Of a stretch of DNA of 64,000 nt, positions 28,989 through 39,485 are shown piece by piece. Below the pieces are notes generated by a model, which was not told the origin of the DNA, did no database searches, and saw nothing but the letters and a program-made list of their open reading frames with translations. Source of the DNA: Candidatus Levyibacteriota bacterium (GTDB taxonomy: Bacteria; Patescibacteriota; Microgenomatia; Levybacterales; UBA12049); NCBI GenBank assembly GCA_016182185.1, contig JACOXU010000001.1, positions 338,915 to 402,914 on the forward strand, written 5' to 3'. Numbering within the stretch: the stretch's first letter is position 1; every line of letters starts with the position of its first letter. A program made the translations under genes and the position numbers.

Positions 28989-29729
28989 TCAGGCAGCAGC
29001 AAATAAAGCAATTGCTAAATGTTTATATGCATGAGGGTTTGCAACAAGCGCTGAGTGGGTACCTGGCACTTCTATATTTTTTGCTTGAGGACTAGAATCA
29101 ACAGTAGATCTCCAGTGCGCAACTCCATCTTCCTTTGTATAGATATAGGTTGTCTTTATCCCTTCGGGTAATGGTAGAGATAATTGTTCTCTTCTATGCT
29201 TAAGTTCATCGGGATTGCTGAAAGAGGGCACTATCATTCTTGCCCAAGTCAAGACCAGAGGATTAACGTCTTCTTCAAAATCACCGATTGGCCCGCCAAG
29301 AGATGAAAAACTTGCAACTTCATTGGGATTTAAATGACATATACCTCTTCCTACCACCTCTCCTAAGCTATGACCCACTATATGGACTTTCTGTCCCTCT
29401 TGTTTATGAATCTCTTTTACTCTTTTAGATAGTCTTTTAATTTCGCTCTCTGGGTCTCTGTGATAAATAATTTCCGAATTATACACAGTGTAATTTATTC
29501 TTCCCAGGAAAGTATTGAGATCAAAAAGGCTTAAATCACTTCCGGTAAAACCGGGAATTGTAAGTACGGGGCTTTTATGATCGTGAGGAACGCCAATTCC
29601 GTAATAAACAGGATAAAACCGAATGTTTAAAAATTCCCCAAGCGCCCGTGCCTCGTTTAACAAAGGTTTTCGACCGTTTTCGTGTACAGATTGAGCAGCA
29701 ATGCCTCTTTCGGCAAGCGCTAGGGCCAT
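28989..29729 (-). CDS. Alpha/beta hydrolase (small lipase/esterase-like)
   Basis: PVL.IPGF, GHSLG nucleophile elbow, DG.AHW Asp, GTHSAL His. Confidence 0.8.
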   Translation of the reverse strand: MALALAERGIAAQSVHENGRKPLLNEARALGEFLNIRFYPVYYGIGVPHDHKSPVLTIPGFTGSDLSLFDLNTFLGRINYTVYNSEIIYHRDPESEIKRLSKRVKEIHKQEGQKVHIVGHSLGEVVGRGICHLNPNEVASFSSLGGPIGDFEEDVNPLVLTWARMIVPSFSNPDELKHRREQLSLPLPEGIKTTYIYTKEDGVAHWRSTVDSSPQAKNIEVPGTHSALVANPHAYKHLAIALFAAA

Positions 29730-29762
29730 AAAATATAAATTCCTACCCTGATTAAATACCTT

Positions 29763-30449
29763 TTAGGCTGCCTTGTCAACTGGTGTTTGACAAATCTCCG
29801 TGATATTATTAAATACCTGCGGGTTTTTATGAAGACTTCGATGCTGACCAGAAATTTCTACTGATAATTTTGCCCTTTCATCAAAGCAGTCCTTCCAATT
29901 GAAGGCTTCGTCATCTTTTGAATACATGCAGATTAAATCATAATCATATGGCATAGAAGTTGTAGGAATTGCGCTTAAGAAACTATTATAAGACGCGTTT
30001 CCATCGATAATAGTCCTAGCAATTTCCTTATATGGTCCTTTTGCAGCCTCGGCAACATGCTTTCTTATTGGAGTACCTACAAGAACTACTCGTTGAATCT
30101 TTTTAGGCCTATACATTGCAGCTACAAAAGTGTAAATTCCGCCAAGGCTTAAGCCTACAAATGTTATTTTTTGTCCGGTTTGCTCAAAAATTTTATCGAT
30201 TCTTGAAAGAATTCCCAAAATATCATTTTTGGGATTTCTTTTTCGAGAATCTTCTATTCCCGATTCAAAAACCTTAAACCCATAACTGCTAAGCCAATCT
30301 CTCATGTTCCCCATATTTTTATCAGAACGAAGTACTGGGGGAACTATTAAAACTGGGTGGCCGTTGCCACGGGGCGCTTCGACTTGATTTACTCCATTTT
30401 CAGGGAGCCATAATTTCTTGCTGGGTAGATCGATTTCTGTTTGAACCAT
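29763..30449 (-). CDS. Alpha/beta hydrolase paralogue
   Basis: PRGNG.PVL, GLSLGG elbow, GTP, YSK.D, G.H. Confidence 0.7.
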   Translation of the reverse strand: MVQTEIDLPSKKLWLPENGVNQVEAPRGNGHPVLIVPPVLRSDKNMGNMRDWLSSYGFKVFESGIEDSRKRNPKNDILGILSRIDKIFEQTGQKITFVGLSLGGIYTFVAAMYRPKKIQRVVLVGTPIRKHVAEAAKGPYKEIARTIIDGNASYNSFLSAIPTTSMPYDYDLICMYSKDDEAFNWKDCFDERAKLSVEISGQHRSLHKNPQVFNNITEICQTPVDKAA

Positions 30450-30489
30450 TTTTGGAATTTAGCAAAATTGCAAAAAATTGTCAATTAAC

Positions 30490-32010
30490 CTATGTATAAC
30501 CCGGGAAATAATCAGTCTTGATCATTTTTCTGTCAATTCCCATATTGGTTAATATTTTTTCGAATGATTTGATCATTTCATGAGGGCCCGATAAATAAAA
30601 ATAATGGTTCTTATAATCAGGGACTTCTTTTTTTATCATATTTTCGTCAATTCTTCCGATCTTTCCTTTCCAGTCTTTGGGGACATTTTCAGTATCGGTT
30701 AATGTATAAACGATTTTTATACCAAGCTGAGATTCTGCTCTGTCAAAGACATCTTCGTACATTATCTCCGAAGATATTTTATTTGCATAAAAGAGTGTTA
30801 TTCTACGTCTTGAGTTCGTATCAATAAGAAATTTAATTATGCTTCGAAATGGCGTAATGCCTATTCCGCCTGCTATAAAAACTAGTTTCAGATTTGCATC
30901 CTGTGGCAGAGTAAATTCACCTGCTATTTGACTTGCTACAATAGTATCTGTTTTTTCAATAGAGGAAAGCGCTCTCTTAAAGCTACTTCCGTCTTGACTG
31001 AATTTCACTCCAAGATGGATATAATTTTCCCCAGGAGAAGAGGCAATTGTAAAAAATCTACGATTCCCTCTACCATCAATATTTTTGTGAGGAAGGGTCC
31101 ATTCCATATATTGACCCGGAATAAAAGTGAATTTTTTGTCTGGGACAAATGAAAAATCAATTACTTCGGGACTTATCTTTATTTTTTCCTTAAGCTTCAA
31201 GAAAAGTTTATATCTGGGGCTTACTATAAATGAAAATACGTTCCCCAATACCAAAGCCAGTTCAGGCGTAGAATAAATATTTCCAATATGTAAATAGGGC
31301 ATATAAAGAAATCCTACGATCGCGCCATAAATTATCTGAAGTTTTTTAGTTGGAGGGGTTGTAGCAGGCTCTGTGAGCATGATAAAAGCCAGGAATAAAA
31401 AAACCGAATTGAAAAATATGTTTTGGGAATTAGTTAAAAAATTGTCGGCATTAATGAAACTAAAAATTGCTAAGGCTAGAAATAGAGAGACAAAAAAGCT
31501 CAAAACCATCAGTTCTCGATTAATTTTCCTTACAATTAAAAATCCTCCAATAAACAGAAACGGGCTCATCGCAGAAATACCTATCCACCAGCTTGCATAT
31601 TGATTAGTCAAAATTCCCGCTATGACAACAGAAATTGCAGCAGGGTTAAAAATATGTTTTTTCCCGATTGCGAGAATATATTTTGAAAGCATTGCCAGCG
31701 TTGCAGTAAAAGATAAGAAAATAAACCCATTTACTGAAAAAACAGGAGTAATCAAAAAAGTAAGAATAAGAGCTGTAATATAGATAGAATCTGAATTTGT
31801 ACTTGCCTTGAGGATGAATGAAAATATTTTATTAGCAATATAAGATACAACGGTAAGAACAGTTACTGAGAAGATAATTTCGTGTACTTTAAGATGAATT
31901 ATTTCAAAGAAACTCAAGATTATTGCAATTCCAAATAAAAACGTTAAAACATACAAGATAAGTTTGTACATTGTAACTCTATCCAAAATATAATCGATCT
32001 TCTCAAGCAT
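30490..32010 (-). CDS. RnfD/NqrB-like membrane domain fused to an FNR-type FAD/NAD(P)-binding reductase
   Basis: SKY......HIFNPAA and FIMLTEP.TTP (RnfD-like); PGQY, RRFFTIASSP, AGGIGITPF, YLSGP..M, DYFPG (FNR). Confidence 0.8.
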   Translation of the reverse strand: MLEKIDYILDRVTMYKLILYVLTFLFGIAIILSFFEIIHLKVHEIIFSVTVLTVVSYIANKIFSFILKASTNSDSIYITALILTFLITPVFSVNGFIFLSFTATLAMLSKYILAIGKKHIFNPAAISVVIAGILTNQYASWWIGISAMSPFLFIGGFLIVRKINRELMVLSFFVSLFLALAIFSFINADNFLTNSQNIFFNSVFLFLAFIMLTEPATTPPTKKLQIIYGAIVGFLYMPYLHIGNIYSTPELALVLGNVFSFIVSPRYKLFLKLKEKIKISPEVIDFSFVPDKKFTFIPGQYMEWTLPHKNIDGRGNRRFFTIASSPGENYIHLGVKFSQDGSSFKRALSSIEKTDTIVASQIAGEFTLPQDANLKLVFIAGGIGITPFRSIIKFLIDTNSRRRITLFYANKISSEIMYEDVFDRAESQLGIKIVYTLTDTENVPKDWKGKIGRIDENMIKKEVPDYKNHYFYLSGPHEMIKSFEKILTNMGIDRKMIKTDYFPGYT

Positions 32011-32016
32011 AGTAAA

Positions 32017-34428
32017 TTAGAATTTAAATTTATATTTCTTTATTGCCAGTAAAGTAAGGATAATAAATATTGCAAGTGTAATTGATGCAATCTTAAGACT
32101 GCTAAAAAAACTGTCTGTATTATAGATCATTTCAACTCTGTGATTGCCTTTGCCGATAGGTACGGCTCTGAAAGTATAATTGGCGCGAAGAATCTTTCCT
32201 TCCCTGCCATCAATAAATACCTTAAATTTATTGGAATAATTATCAGAAAGATAAAAAAGAGTCGGATTTTCTGTTTTAATATCAATCGATATGCTATTTG
32301 GAGAATAATTAATTATTTTTGCTTCTCCTTGATAATTACTCGGGACAAATCCAGGGTTTTCCTCCAAAATTACCTCATTTGGATTGAATTCATCACTGAA
32401 TAAATATCTTAACAAACTCTCATTATCTGAAATTACTTTATAGCTGCCTGTGGTAAAAAATCTAAGCATTGAATTATTATATTGGTATATTTCCCAGTTT
32501 TTATTCTCCCAAATTAAACTAAATTTATCTTGCGGAATTCTTTTTATCCCTTCTCTTGATTTTTTATCAACAGCGATAAATTTTGTGCCTGTCAATTCGA
32601 GAAATCTATAAAGTCTTTGATTATCTGCCTGGAAAAATTCATTCGGATTTATTTCTAAGTCAATTGCAATTTTTTCCGGAATATCAAAATCTTCAAATTT
32701 CATATATCTGACCAGTTCTCCGTATCTTCTAATATACATGGAGCCAATTCCCTCGGGAGAAAATATCCCAAATTGCAAAGGGATGCTTGGAACAATATGA
32801 CCTTTACCAATACTTATAAATCGATCGAGCCCTTGGTGATCTTTAAGAAATTCAAATATCGGATGTGGAGGATATAGAAATTCTCTTTGGGAAAAGGGTA
32901 TATATTTTTGGCCAAAAAGGAAACTTTGAAAAAACAAAAGCGAAGTTATAGCAGTGAAAAAAAGCCAGCTTTTATATTTATCTCTGAAAATATATATTGC
33001 AATCCATACTACAAAAAATGTTGCCATGGGAATTATCGAATTTTTAAATCTTATTGCCTCAAAGCTTGTATTGATTCCTGTTCTGTCAACTTTATTCAAA
33101 ATATCCGGGTCTCTTATAACCGGCAACGTGATGAAGAGAAACAAAATAAGAACTGAAAGGCTGGTTAAAAAGAATGCCTTTTTGATAATTTTAAAAACAT
33201 CAACTTTCTTTTCCCCAATGAGAAAATCAAAACCGAACGCTGCCAAAACAGAAAAGGAAAAAGTGGATATAAGAAAAATCCTGTTAGGCAAAAATGAGCT
33301 CAAAAGCGGAATAGAAGGAGAAACTGCAAGTTTTGAGACAGGATTATCAATTGCAATAAGAAATGAGAGCAAAAAACTTGCGATAAAGAACCACTCTTCT
33401 TTGACTTTTTGTTTTAAAAAAGCGATGAATGACAAAATCAACGGAATTACGCCGATAAACAGAACCGCTTCTTTATATGGACTTTTACCAAAATAATTAT
33501 AAACTGCAGGATTTCCCCAAAAATCAGGAATAAAAAGGGCAAATATATGTTCGATCGGCATCAAATGTTGATAGGAAAAAATCTTTCCTTCAAGAGCTAC
33601 CCTTGGTGCCTCAAGAAGAGTCTCAACTGCGGGAGTTATATGGGAAAGAGTAATTAATGGAAAAACAAAAAAGGGAATTAAGATTAGATATTTTCTTTTT
33701 ATATTTTTTTCTTTATAAAAAAATAGTTTCAACAATGTATAGCCTAATGAAAATATAAAAATATAAAATGTGAACTGAAACCATCCCGCCAAAAGAGAAA
33801 ATGACAAAGAAAAAAGAATTATCCACAAAAATCTCAATTTTTTTGTTTTAAAAAACGATTCTATTCCCCAAAAAACGTATGGTAACCAAATTAATGTGTG
33901 GCCTACACTTAAACCCTCAACAGAACGAACAATCACAATTCCCGAAAAAGCAAAAGCCAAAGCGCCAAGAGTTGCTGGTCTGGCACTCAAAGTAGTTTTT
34001 AAAAACAAATACATTCCGATTCCGGCAATAATAGGTTCTATAATTATTAAAAATGTCCAAGCATCAATCTGGGAAAAGATTAGAAATAAAAAATTTAGCG
34101 GATAAAATATGGCAGTTTCCGAAAGTCCCAGGTGATAATTGCCAGAAAAAGAATAAGGATTCCAAAAAGGAATTTCCCAATTATTAAGAAGGGTGTTTGA
34201 GAAAGTTCTCTGCGGATAGAAAATCCAAAGATCATCTTTTCCGACAGGTTTGTTGGGAATTCCCGTTTCCCAGTCGGGAAATTTTTCAATCGACCAGGGG
34301 CTGAAAAATGAAGAAAGAAGATTGGCAGAAAATGGAATTTTGTTTTGTAAAAATACTTGCCAGAATAGCAAAAACGTTGCTGATAATAATATTGCTAAAA
34401 AAAATAACGTTCCTGCCCATTTATTCAT
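32017..34428 (-). CDS. YfhO family multi-pass membrane protein (GT-C-like)
   Basis: P.WNPYSFSG, FYPLN, DFWGNP; C-terminal ILRANY.FRAV....G.H.V...Y. Confidence 0.8.
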   Translation of the reverse strand: MNKWAGTLFFLAILLSATFLLFWQVFLQNKIPFSANLLSSFFSPWSIEKFPDWETGIPNKPVGKDDLWIFYPQRTFSNTLLNNWEIPFWNPYSFSGNYHLGLSETAIFYPLNFLFLIFSQIDAWTFLIIIEPIIAGIGMYLFLKTTLSARPATLGALAFAFSGIVIVRSVEGLSVGHTLIWLPYVFWGIESFFKTKKLRFLWIILFSLSFSLLAGWFQFTFYIFIFSLGYTLLKLFFYKEKNIKRKYLILIPFFVFPLITLSHITPAVETLLEAPRVALEGKIFSYQHLMPIEHIFALFIPDFWGNPAVYNYFGKSPYKEAVLFIGVIPLILSFIAFLKQKVKEEWFFIASFLLSFLIAIDNPVSKLAVSPSIPLLSSFLPNRIFLISTFSFSVLAAFGFDFLIGEKKVDVFKIIKKAFFLTSLSVLILFLFITLPVIRDPDILNKVDRTGINTSFEAIRFKNSIIPMATFFVVWIAIYIFRDKYKSWLFFTAITSLLFFQSFLFGQKYIPFSQREFLYPPHPIFEFLKDHQGLDRFISIGKGHIVPSIPLQFGIFSPEGIGSMYIRRYGELVRYMKFEDFDIPEKIAIDLEINPNEFFQADNQRLYRFLELTGTKFIAVDKKSREGIKRIPQDKFSLIWENKNWEIYQYNNSMLRFFTTGSYKVISDNESLLRYLFSDEFNPNEVILEENPGFVPSNYQGEAKIINYSPNSISIDIKTENPTLFYLSDNYSNKFKVFIDGREGKILRANYTFRAVPIGKGNHRVEMIYNTDSFFSSLKIASITLAIFIILTLLAIKKYKFKF

Positions 34429-35690
34429 TTATTTTTAATTTCTTTTTTTACAATGTCAAAAATTTCTTGATCGTCCCCCTCATATCCCAGTGCCCAAAAA
34501 GCGATTCCTCCAAGCGCTCTTTCTTTGGCAAACTTTATCTTTTCCGTAATGGATTTTTCATCCTCATAATAAATCTGCCTTATCTCACCGTACTGACTAA
34601 AGGAAAGCCACGGTGATTTGGCGACATTGTCCCAATGTTTTTTAACATCATCCCTTTCTTTCAAGATTTCCTTGACTCTTTTATATGTAGCAAGAGCGCC
34701 ACTTTGGGGAATTACTGAGGATTTGTTGCTTTCAGTTACTGTCTGCCATTCATAACCATAAAGAGGGACCGCCAAAATAATTTTTTGACTATCAACTCTT
34801 CCATTTAAAGCATGGACAGACTCCCAAATACTATGTTCGTTCTGTTCGCCATAAAGAGGAGCTACAGGGCCTGCAAAGATTGAATTTTGTTGACGGTAAT
34901 CGTATGCCATGATAATTACCTGATCAACGGCCCTGCCTATTCTTGTCATATTGAAAGCATTATCAGTCAAAACTGCTGTTGCATTCACGTCAATTGAAAT
35001 TATAATTTCCGGATTTTCTTTTTTTAAATTCTGGGAAATTTCTTCAAGAAAACCATTAAGATATTTTGAAGTTGGAAATTCTATATCGGCATCAGTTATA
35101 TATTCAAAATCAATATTTATTCCATCTAAGTTATACTTATTAATAAGATTTACTAGTTGCCTTATTAAATTTTTTGTCGCATTTTCGTTACTTATAATTT
35201 TGTCTATTGTGGTATTATCGAAAGATTTTATCGCGAGTAAAATTTTTGTTCCATTTTCTCTTGCCTCGGCTCTAATCTTCGTAAAATAAGAGGAGTTAAA
35301 ATAAGTCCATTCTGCTACTGAAATTCCGTTTTCATCATATTGAACTAATTCTCCGTCCTCATTTACTCCCACCCCAAAGTATATTATCTGACTAAAATTT
35401 GCGGTATCTACGCTAGTTCTTTTGGCAATGGACCAGGAGGGCAAAAATCCAATTATGTCCTTAGTCGAATTATAATTTAAAAACTTAGTTGGATAAATAG
35501 TCCGGTTAATTCTATCTTCGGCATTTTTACTTGGGGCCTGATTAACGCTTGCCCACCTGAATACGAAAAATAAAGAGATTGATAATAAAATTAAAAGTAA
35601 AAAGATAACGGCAAGATTTTCTTTTTTTCTTCGTTTTGCGATGAAGTCAAAATAAGACACAGAAGGAATTCTAAAGCCTTCTTTTTTCAT
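34425..35690 (-). CDS. Glycoside hydrolase family 18 (chitinase/YaaH-like), membrane anchored
   Basis: LDGINIDFEY catalytic motif, MAYDY, GP.APL, PLYGYEW, GG...WALG. Confidence 0.85.
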   Translation of the reverse strand: MKKEGFRIPSVSYFDFIAKRRKKENLAVIFLLLILLSISLFFVFRWASVNQAPSKNAEDRINRTIYPTKFLNYNSTKDIIGFLPSWSIAKRTSVDTANFSQIIYFGVGVNEDGELVQYDENGISVAEWTYFNSSYFTKIRAEARENGTKILLAIKSFDNTTIDKIISNENATKNLIRQLVNLINKYNLDGINIDFEYITDADIEFPTSKYLNGFLEEISQNLKKENPEIIISIDVNATAVLTDNAFNMTRIGRAVDQVIIMAYDYRQQNSIFAGPVAPLYGEQNEHSIWESVHALNGRVDSQKIILAVPLYGYEWQTVTESNKSSVIPQSGALATYKRVKEILKERDDVKKHWDNVAKSPWLSFSQYGEIRQIYYEDEKSITEKIKFAKERALGGIAFWALGYEGDDQEIFDIVKKEIKNK

Positions 35691-35753
35691 ATCTTAATAA
35701 TAGCAAATAATCATAATTAGAACTATAAATGAGATTGTGGTAGTATTGGGCTT

Positions 35754-36263
35754 ATGAAAATCAAAATCGGGATTTTAACCGCTATAATTTTTGTAATATT
35801 TATTTTGGGAGTTTCACGCCTATTATTCGCAAGGACAAGTAATAAAGTCCTAAATCCTGTAGTGGAATATATCACAAATACTCCTGCCCCAACACTAAAG
35901 CCAACCATAAAACCCACTAAAATTCCTAAACCAACTACTACTCCAATACCGACTCCAATTCCCACAGTGGTAACCTCGCAAGAATTGGAAAGTTTTTTCA
36001 TAAAATTCAGTACCGTTTACAAAGTTGATAAAGAACTATTAAAGCGTATTGCCAAATGTGAATCAAATCTAAACTCCAGCGCAGTCAATCGAAATTATGC
36101 GGGCTTGTTTCAATTTTCCGACCAATCATGGATATCGACTAGAAACAGTATGGATCTCGATACAAACCCAGATCTTCGTTTTAATTCGGAGGAATCTATA
36201 CGAACAGCTGCATTTATGATTTCACAAAATAAGCTTAGTATTTGGCCAAATTGTAATAAATAA
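35754..36263 (+). CDS. Lysozyme-like / Rpf-like transglycosylase with Pro/Thr stalk
   Basis: IAKCES catalytic Glu, YAGLFQF...SW, W..C; N-terminal TM. Confidence 0.75.
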   Translation: MKIKIGILTAIIFVIFILGVSRLLFARTSNKVLNPVVEYITNTPAPTLKPTIKPTKIPKPTTTPIPTPIPTVVTSQELESFFIKFSTVYKVDKELLKRIAKCESNLNSSAVNRNYAGLFQFSDQSWISTRNSMDLDTNPDLRFNSEESIRTAAFMISQNKLSIWPNCNK

Positions 36264-36338
36264 GTAACTTTAGCCTTGTAGTGAGCCACAAACTGTACTA
36301 TAATCAGAACTGTATCTGCTCCGCCGTTTTATTAGTTT

Positions 36339-37568
36339 ATGAATTTATTCAAAAGAATTATCTCTCCCTTGCTAAAGCTTTCTTTCAGACAAAAGACTAT
36401 CATAATCGTAATAGCTACAGTTATCCTATTTATCGCATATAAACAGATATCAGCCCGTTTTGGTCCCAATAAATATATGACAGAACCTGCAAAGAAAGCT
36501 ACGATTGTTGAAGTTGTATCTGAAACAGGAGAAATTAGTGCAACAGGAAGAGTTGATGTCTACTCACCCACTAACGGAGTTGTAGAAAATGTAATGGTTA
36601 AAAACGCTCAGAACATTTCCGAAGGTCAAGATTTATTTACTGTAAAAAGTAGTGCAACCGAACAGGAGCAAAAGGCCGCTTACTCAAATTACCTTACTAC
36701 TCAGACAACTTTAAATACTGCAAATTCACAAGCCTTTATTTTAAGATCTGAGATGTTTACAAAATGGAAAGCTTATTATGACTTGTCAACCAATTCAACT
36801 TATCAAAATCCAGATGGGGCCCCGAAAGAAAAAGAAAGAGAAGCAGCTGAATTTCAAATAGCAAGAGACAATTGGTTTGCTGCCGAAAAGAAATACAAGG
36901 ATCAACAAACTCAAGTTTCACAAGCTCAGGCGCAATCTGGATCTGCCTGGCTGTTGTATCAAGCCACGCAAAATGCCCAGATTAAAGCACCCTCTAGTGG
37001 TAGCATAGCAAACCTTGCGATCACCTCGGGAAGTTCTGTTGAAATAAAAAGTCCTACGGGTCTTACGACCGTATTGCCTGCTCTAACTATCGCAAGCCTC
37101 AAAATCCCAGAAGCTGTCGTTTCTTTAAATGAAACAGATATCACCAAGGTTAAAGAGGGTCAGGAAGCAGAAATTGACGTAAATGCAACTGAGAAGATTT
37201 ACAAAGGAATCGCAAGAAGAGTGGATAGCATAGGAACTGATGACCAAGGAGTTATCAGATACAACGTTTATATAGAAATATTAAAACCAGATGAGAAGCT
37301 TCGCTCGGGCATGGCGGCAGATATATCAATTATCACCAATAAAGTGTCTAATGCACTTTCTGTTCCAAATTCTGCGGTAAGGCCATATCAAGGAGGAAGG
37401 GCAGTTAGGATCCCTGACAGGAAAGGAGAGATAAAATATATCCCTATCGTTACCGGTATAAAGGGTGAACAAAAAACGCAAATATTAAAAGGAATTTCTG
37501 AGGGACAAAATGTTATTACAGCTCTTTCTAACGAGCAACTTAAAAGACCTGGCTTATTCGGTAATTAA
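36339..37568 (+). CDS. MacA-like membrane fusion / adaptor protein
   Basis: V.SP..G.V lipoyl halves, IKAP.SG, ETDI.KV..GQ, LR.GM, VP.SAV. Confidence 0.85.
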   Translation: MNLFKRIISPLLKLSFRQKTIIIVIATVILFIAYKQISARFGPNKYMTEPAKKATIVEVVSETGEISATGRVDVYSPTNGVVENVMVKNAQNISEGQDLFTVKSSATEQEQKAAYSNYLTTQTTLNTANSQAFILRSEMFTKWKAYYDLSTNSTYQNPDGAPKEKEREAAEFQIARDNWFAAEKKYKDQQTQVSQAQAQSGSAWLLYQATQNAQIKAPSSGSIANLAITSGSSVEIKSPTGLTTVLPALTIASLKIPEAVVSLNETDITKVKEGQEAEIDVNATEKIYKGIARRVDSIGTDDQGVIRYNVYIEILKPDEKLRSGMAADISIITNKVSNALSVPNSAVRPYQGGRAVRIPDRKGEIKYIPIVTGIKGEQKTQILKGISEGQNVITALSNEQLKRPGLFGN

Positions 37569-37569
37569 A

Positions 37570-38271
37570 ATGTCAAACAATGTTCCTCTTATACAGCTTG
37601 AAAATGTAATAAAGAAATATCCCCTAGCAGAAGACGAATTTTATCAAGCTCTTAATAGTATTTCATTAGAAATTAAGGAAGGAGAGTTTGTCGCGATAAT
37701 GGGTCCCTCAGGTTCTGGAAAATCGACGCTGATGCATATAATGGGAGCCTTAGACAACTTATCAGGCGGAAAATATTTTTTTAAGGGAAAAGACATCAGC
37801 TCTTACTCAGAAGATCAGCTTGCAGAAATAAGAAATAAAGAAATAGGATTTGTTTTTCAAACCTTTAACTTACTTCCAAGAACTACTGTCCTTAAAAATG
37901 TAGAGCGCCCCATGATCTATGCAGGAATTCCAGGTAGGCAACGAGACAAAAGAGCTTATGAAGCATTAAAACTTGTAGGAATTGAGGATAAAGCAAATAA
38001 CTTGTCTAATCGTATTTCTGGGGGACAAATTCAAAGAGTCGCCATAGCAAGGGCACTTGTGATGGATCCTTCGATTATCTTAGCCGATGAGCCTACTGGA
38101 AATCTTGATAGTAAAACATCACATGAAATTATGAAATTCATAGCAAAATTGAATAGAGAAGGAAGAACAATTGTAGTGATTACCCATGAGAAAGATATAG
38201 CATCTTTTGCCAATCGTATAATTCGTCTTATGGACGGGAAAGTATTATCAGATACAAAAGGCAAAAAATAA
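37570..38271 (+). CDS. MacB/LolD-like ABC ATP-binding protein
   Basis: GPSGSGKST, RN..IGFVFQ.FNL, SGGQ.QRVAIARAL, ADEPTGNLD; ATG at 37570. Confidence 0.9.
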   Translation: MSNNVPLIQLENVIKKYPLAEDEFYQALNSISLEIKEGEFVAIMGPSGSGKSTLMHIMGALDNLSGGKYFFKGKDISSYSEDQLAEIRNKEIGFVFQTFNLLPRTTVLKNVERPMIYAGIPGRQRDKRAYEALKLVGIEDKANNLSNRISGGQIQRVAIARALVMDPSIILADEPTGNLDSKTSHEIMKFIAKLNREGRTIVVITHEKDIASFANRIIRLMDGKVLSDTKGKK

Positions 38272-38273
38272 AT

Positions 38274-39485
38274 ATGGAATACAAAGAAATTATTCAATCG
38301 GCGCTCCAGGCGTTAAGAATTAATATTTTAAGAACCTCTCTTACCATGCTCGGAATCATAATAGGTATAACGTCAGTGATATTAATCTACTCTATCGGTC
38401 AGGGTGCAGTTGCTTTTATTACCAATGAGTTGAGTTCTTTTGGCACGGATTATTTTCAGATTAATCCCGGAGGAAATCAAATCAGCACATTTGCAGGATC
38501 AAATACTCTCACCTTTGAAGACGTTGAGGCTATTAGAAACGACTCTTCTCTCACGAACATAAAATACGTTGTCCCTTTTGCAATGGCATCAGAAACTGTC
38601 AGCGCCAACGGTCAGGAAGAAGAACTTTTGATATATGGTTCGACTCATGAGGCTGTTGAAATTTTCAAACCTGAGCTGACTGATGGAAGCTTTATTACTG
38701 AAGAGCAGGAAAATGCTTCTGAGCGGGTTGCGGTAATTGGAACTGATGCAGCAGAGAAGTTTTTCGGCGAAGACTCTTCACCGGTTGGAGAAACTATCAG
38801 AATAAATAACAGAACATTTCGGATTACCGGAGTCACCGAATCGACAAGTGTATTGGCAGGAGGATTTATAAATAATGCACTGTTTATTCCTATAGGAGCA
38901 GTAACTGATCAAATATTGGGAGAAAAAAGACTTCAGGAAATAGATGTCAGCGTCTATGATCAGAATAGCATCAATCAAACACTTAAGGACGTAGAGGATC
39001 TCTTAAGAGACAGGCACGGACTTGAAGAAGGAGACGAGAATGATTTTCAGATTCAGAGCGCAAAGGATATTCTTTCAACCGTTCAGACAGTGACCGGGCT
39101 TTTGACGGCAATGATTGTGGCAATCTCAGGCATTTCTCTTGTCGTAGGAGGGATAGGCGTAATGAACATAATGCTTGTTTCAGTCACTGAACGCACAAAA
39201 GAAATTGGACTCTTAAAGGCAATAGGAGCAAAGCAAGGTGACATTCTCTCGCAATTTTTAATAGAAGCCGTAGTTATGACATCTATTGGAGGCATTATAG
39301 GAATAATTCTTGGGACAATAGGTGCTCTTGTGATATCTCTAATTTTTAAAATTCCTTTTATCGTAAGCGCTCCTGCAATTATAATCGCTGTTGGAGTTTC
39401 ATCTCTTGTGGGAATAATATTTGGTCTTTATCCAGCAAGGCGGGCCGCGAAGCTTTCTCCGATAGATGCTTTAAGATACGAATAG
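38274..39485 (+). CDS. MacB-like ABC permease
   Basis: LTMLGIIIGI, ISL.VGGIGVMNIMLVSVTERT.EIG, YPA.RAA.L.PIDALRYE. Confidence 0.9.
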   Translation: MEYKEIIQSALQALRINILRTSLTMLGIIIGITSVILIYSIGQGAVAFITNELSSFGTDYFQINPGGNQISTFAGSNTLTFEDVEAIRNDSSLTNIKYVVPFAMASETVSANGQEEELLIYGSTHEAVEIFKPELTDGSFITEEQENASERVAVIGTDAAEKFFGEDSSPVGETIRINNRTFRITGVTESTSVLAGGFINNALFIPIGAVTDQILGEKRLQEIDVSVYDQNSINQTLKDVEDLLRDRHGLEEGDENDFQIQSAKDILSTVQTVTGLLTAMIVAISGISLVVGGIGVMNIMLVSVTERTKEIGLLKAIGAKQGDILSQFLIEAVVMTSIGGIIGIILGTIGALVISLIFKIPFIVSAPAIIIAVGVSSLVGIIFGLYPARRAAKLSPIDALRYE

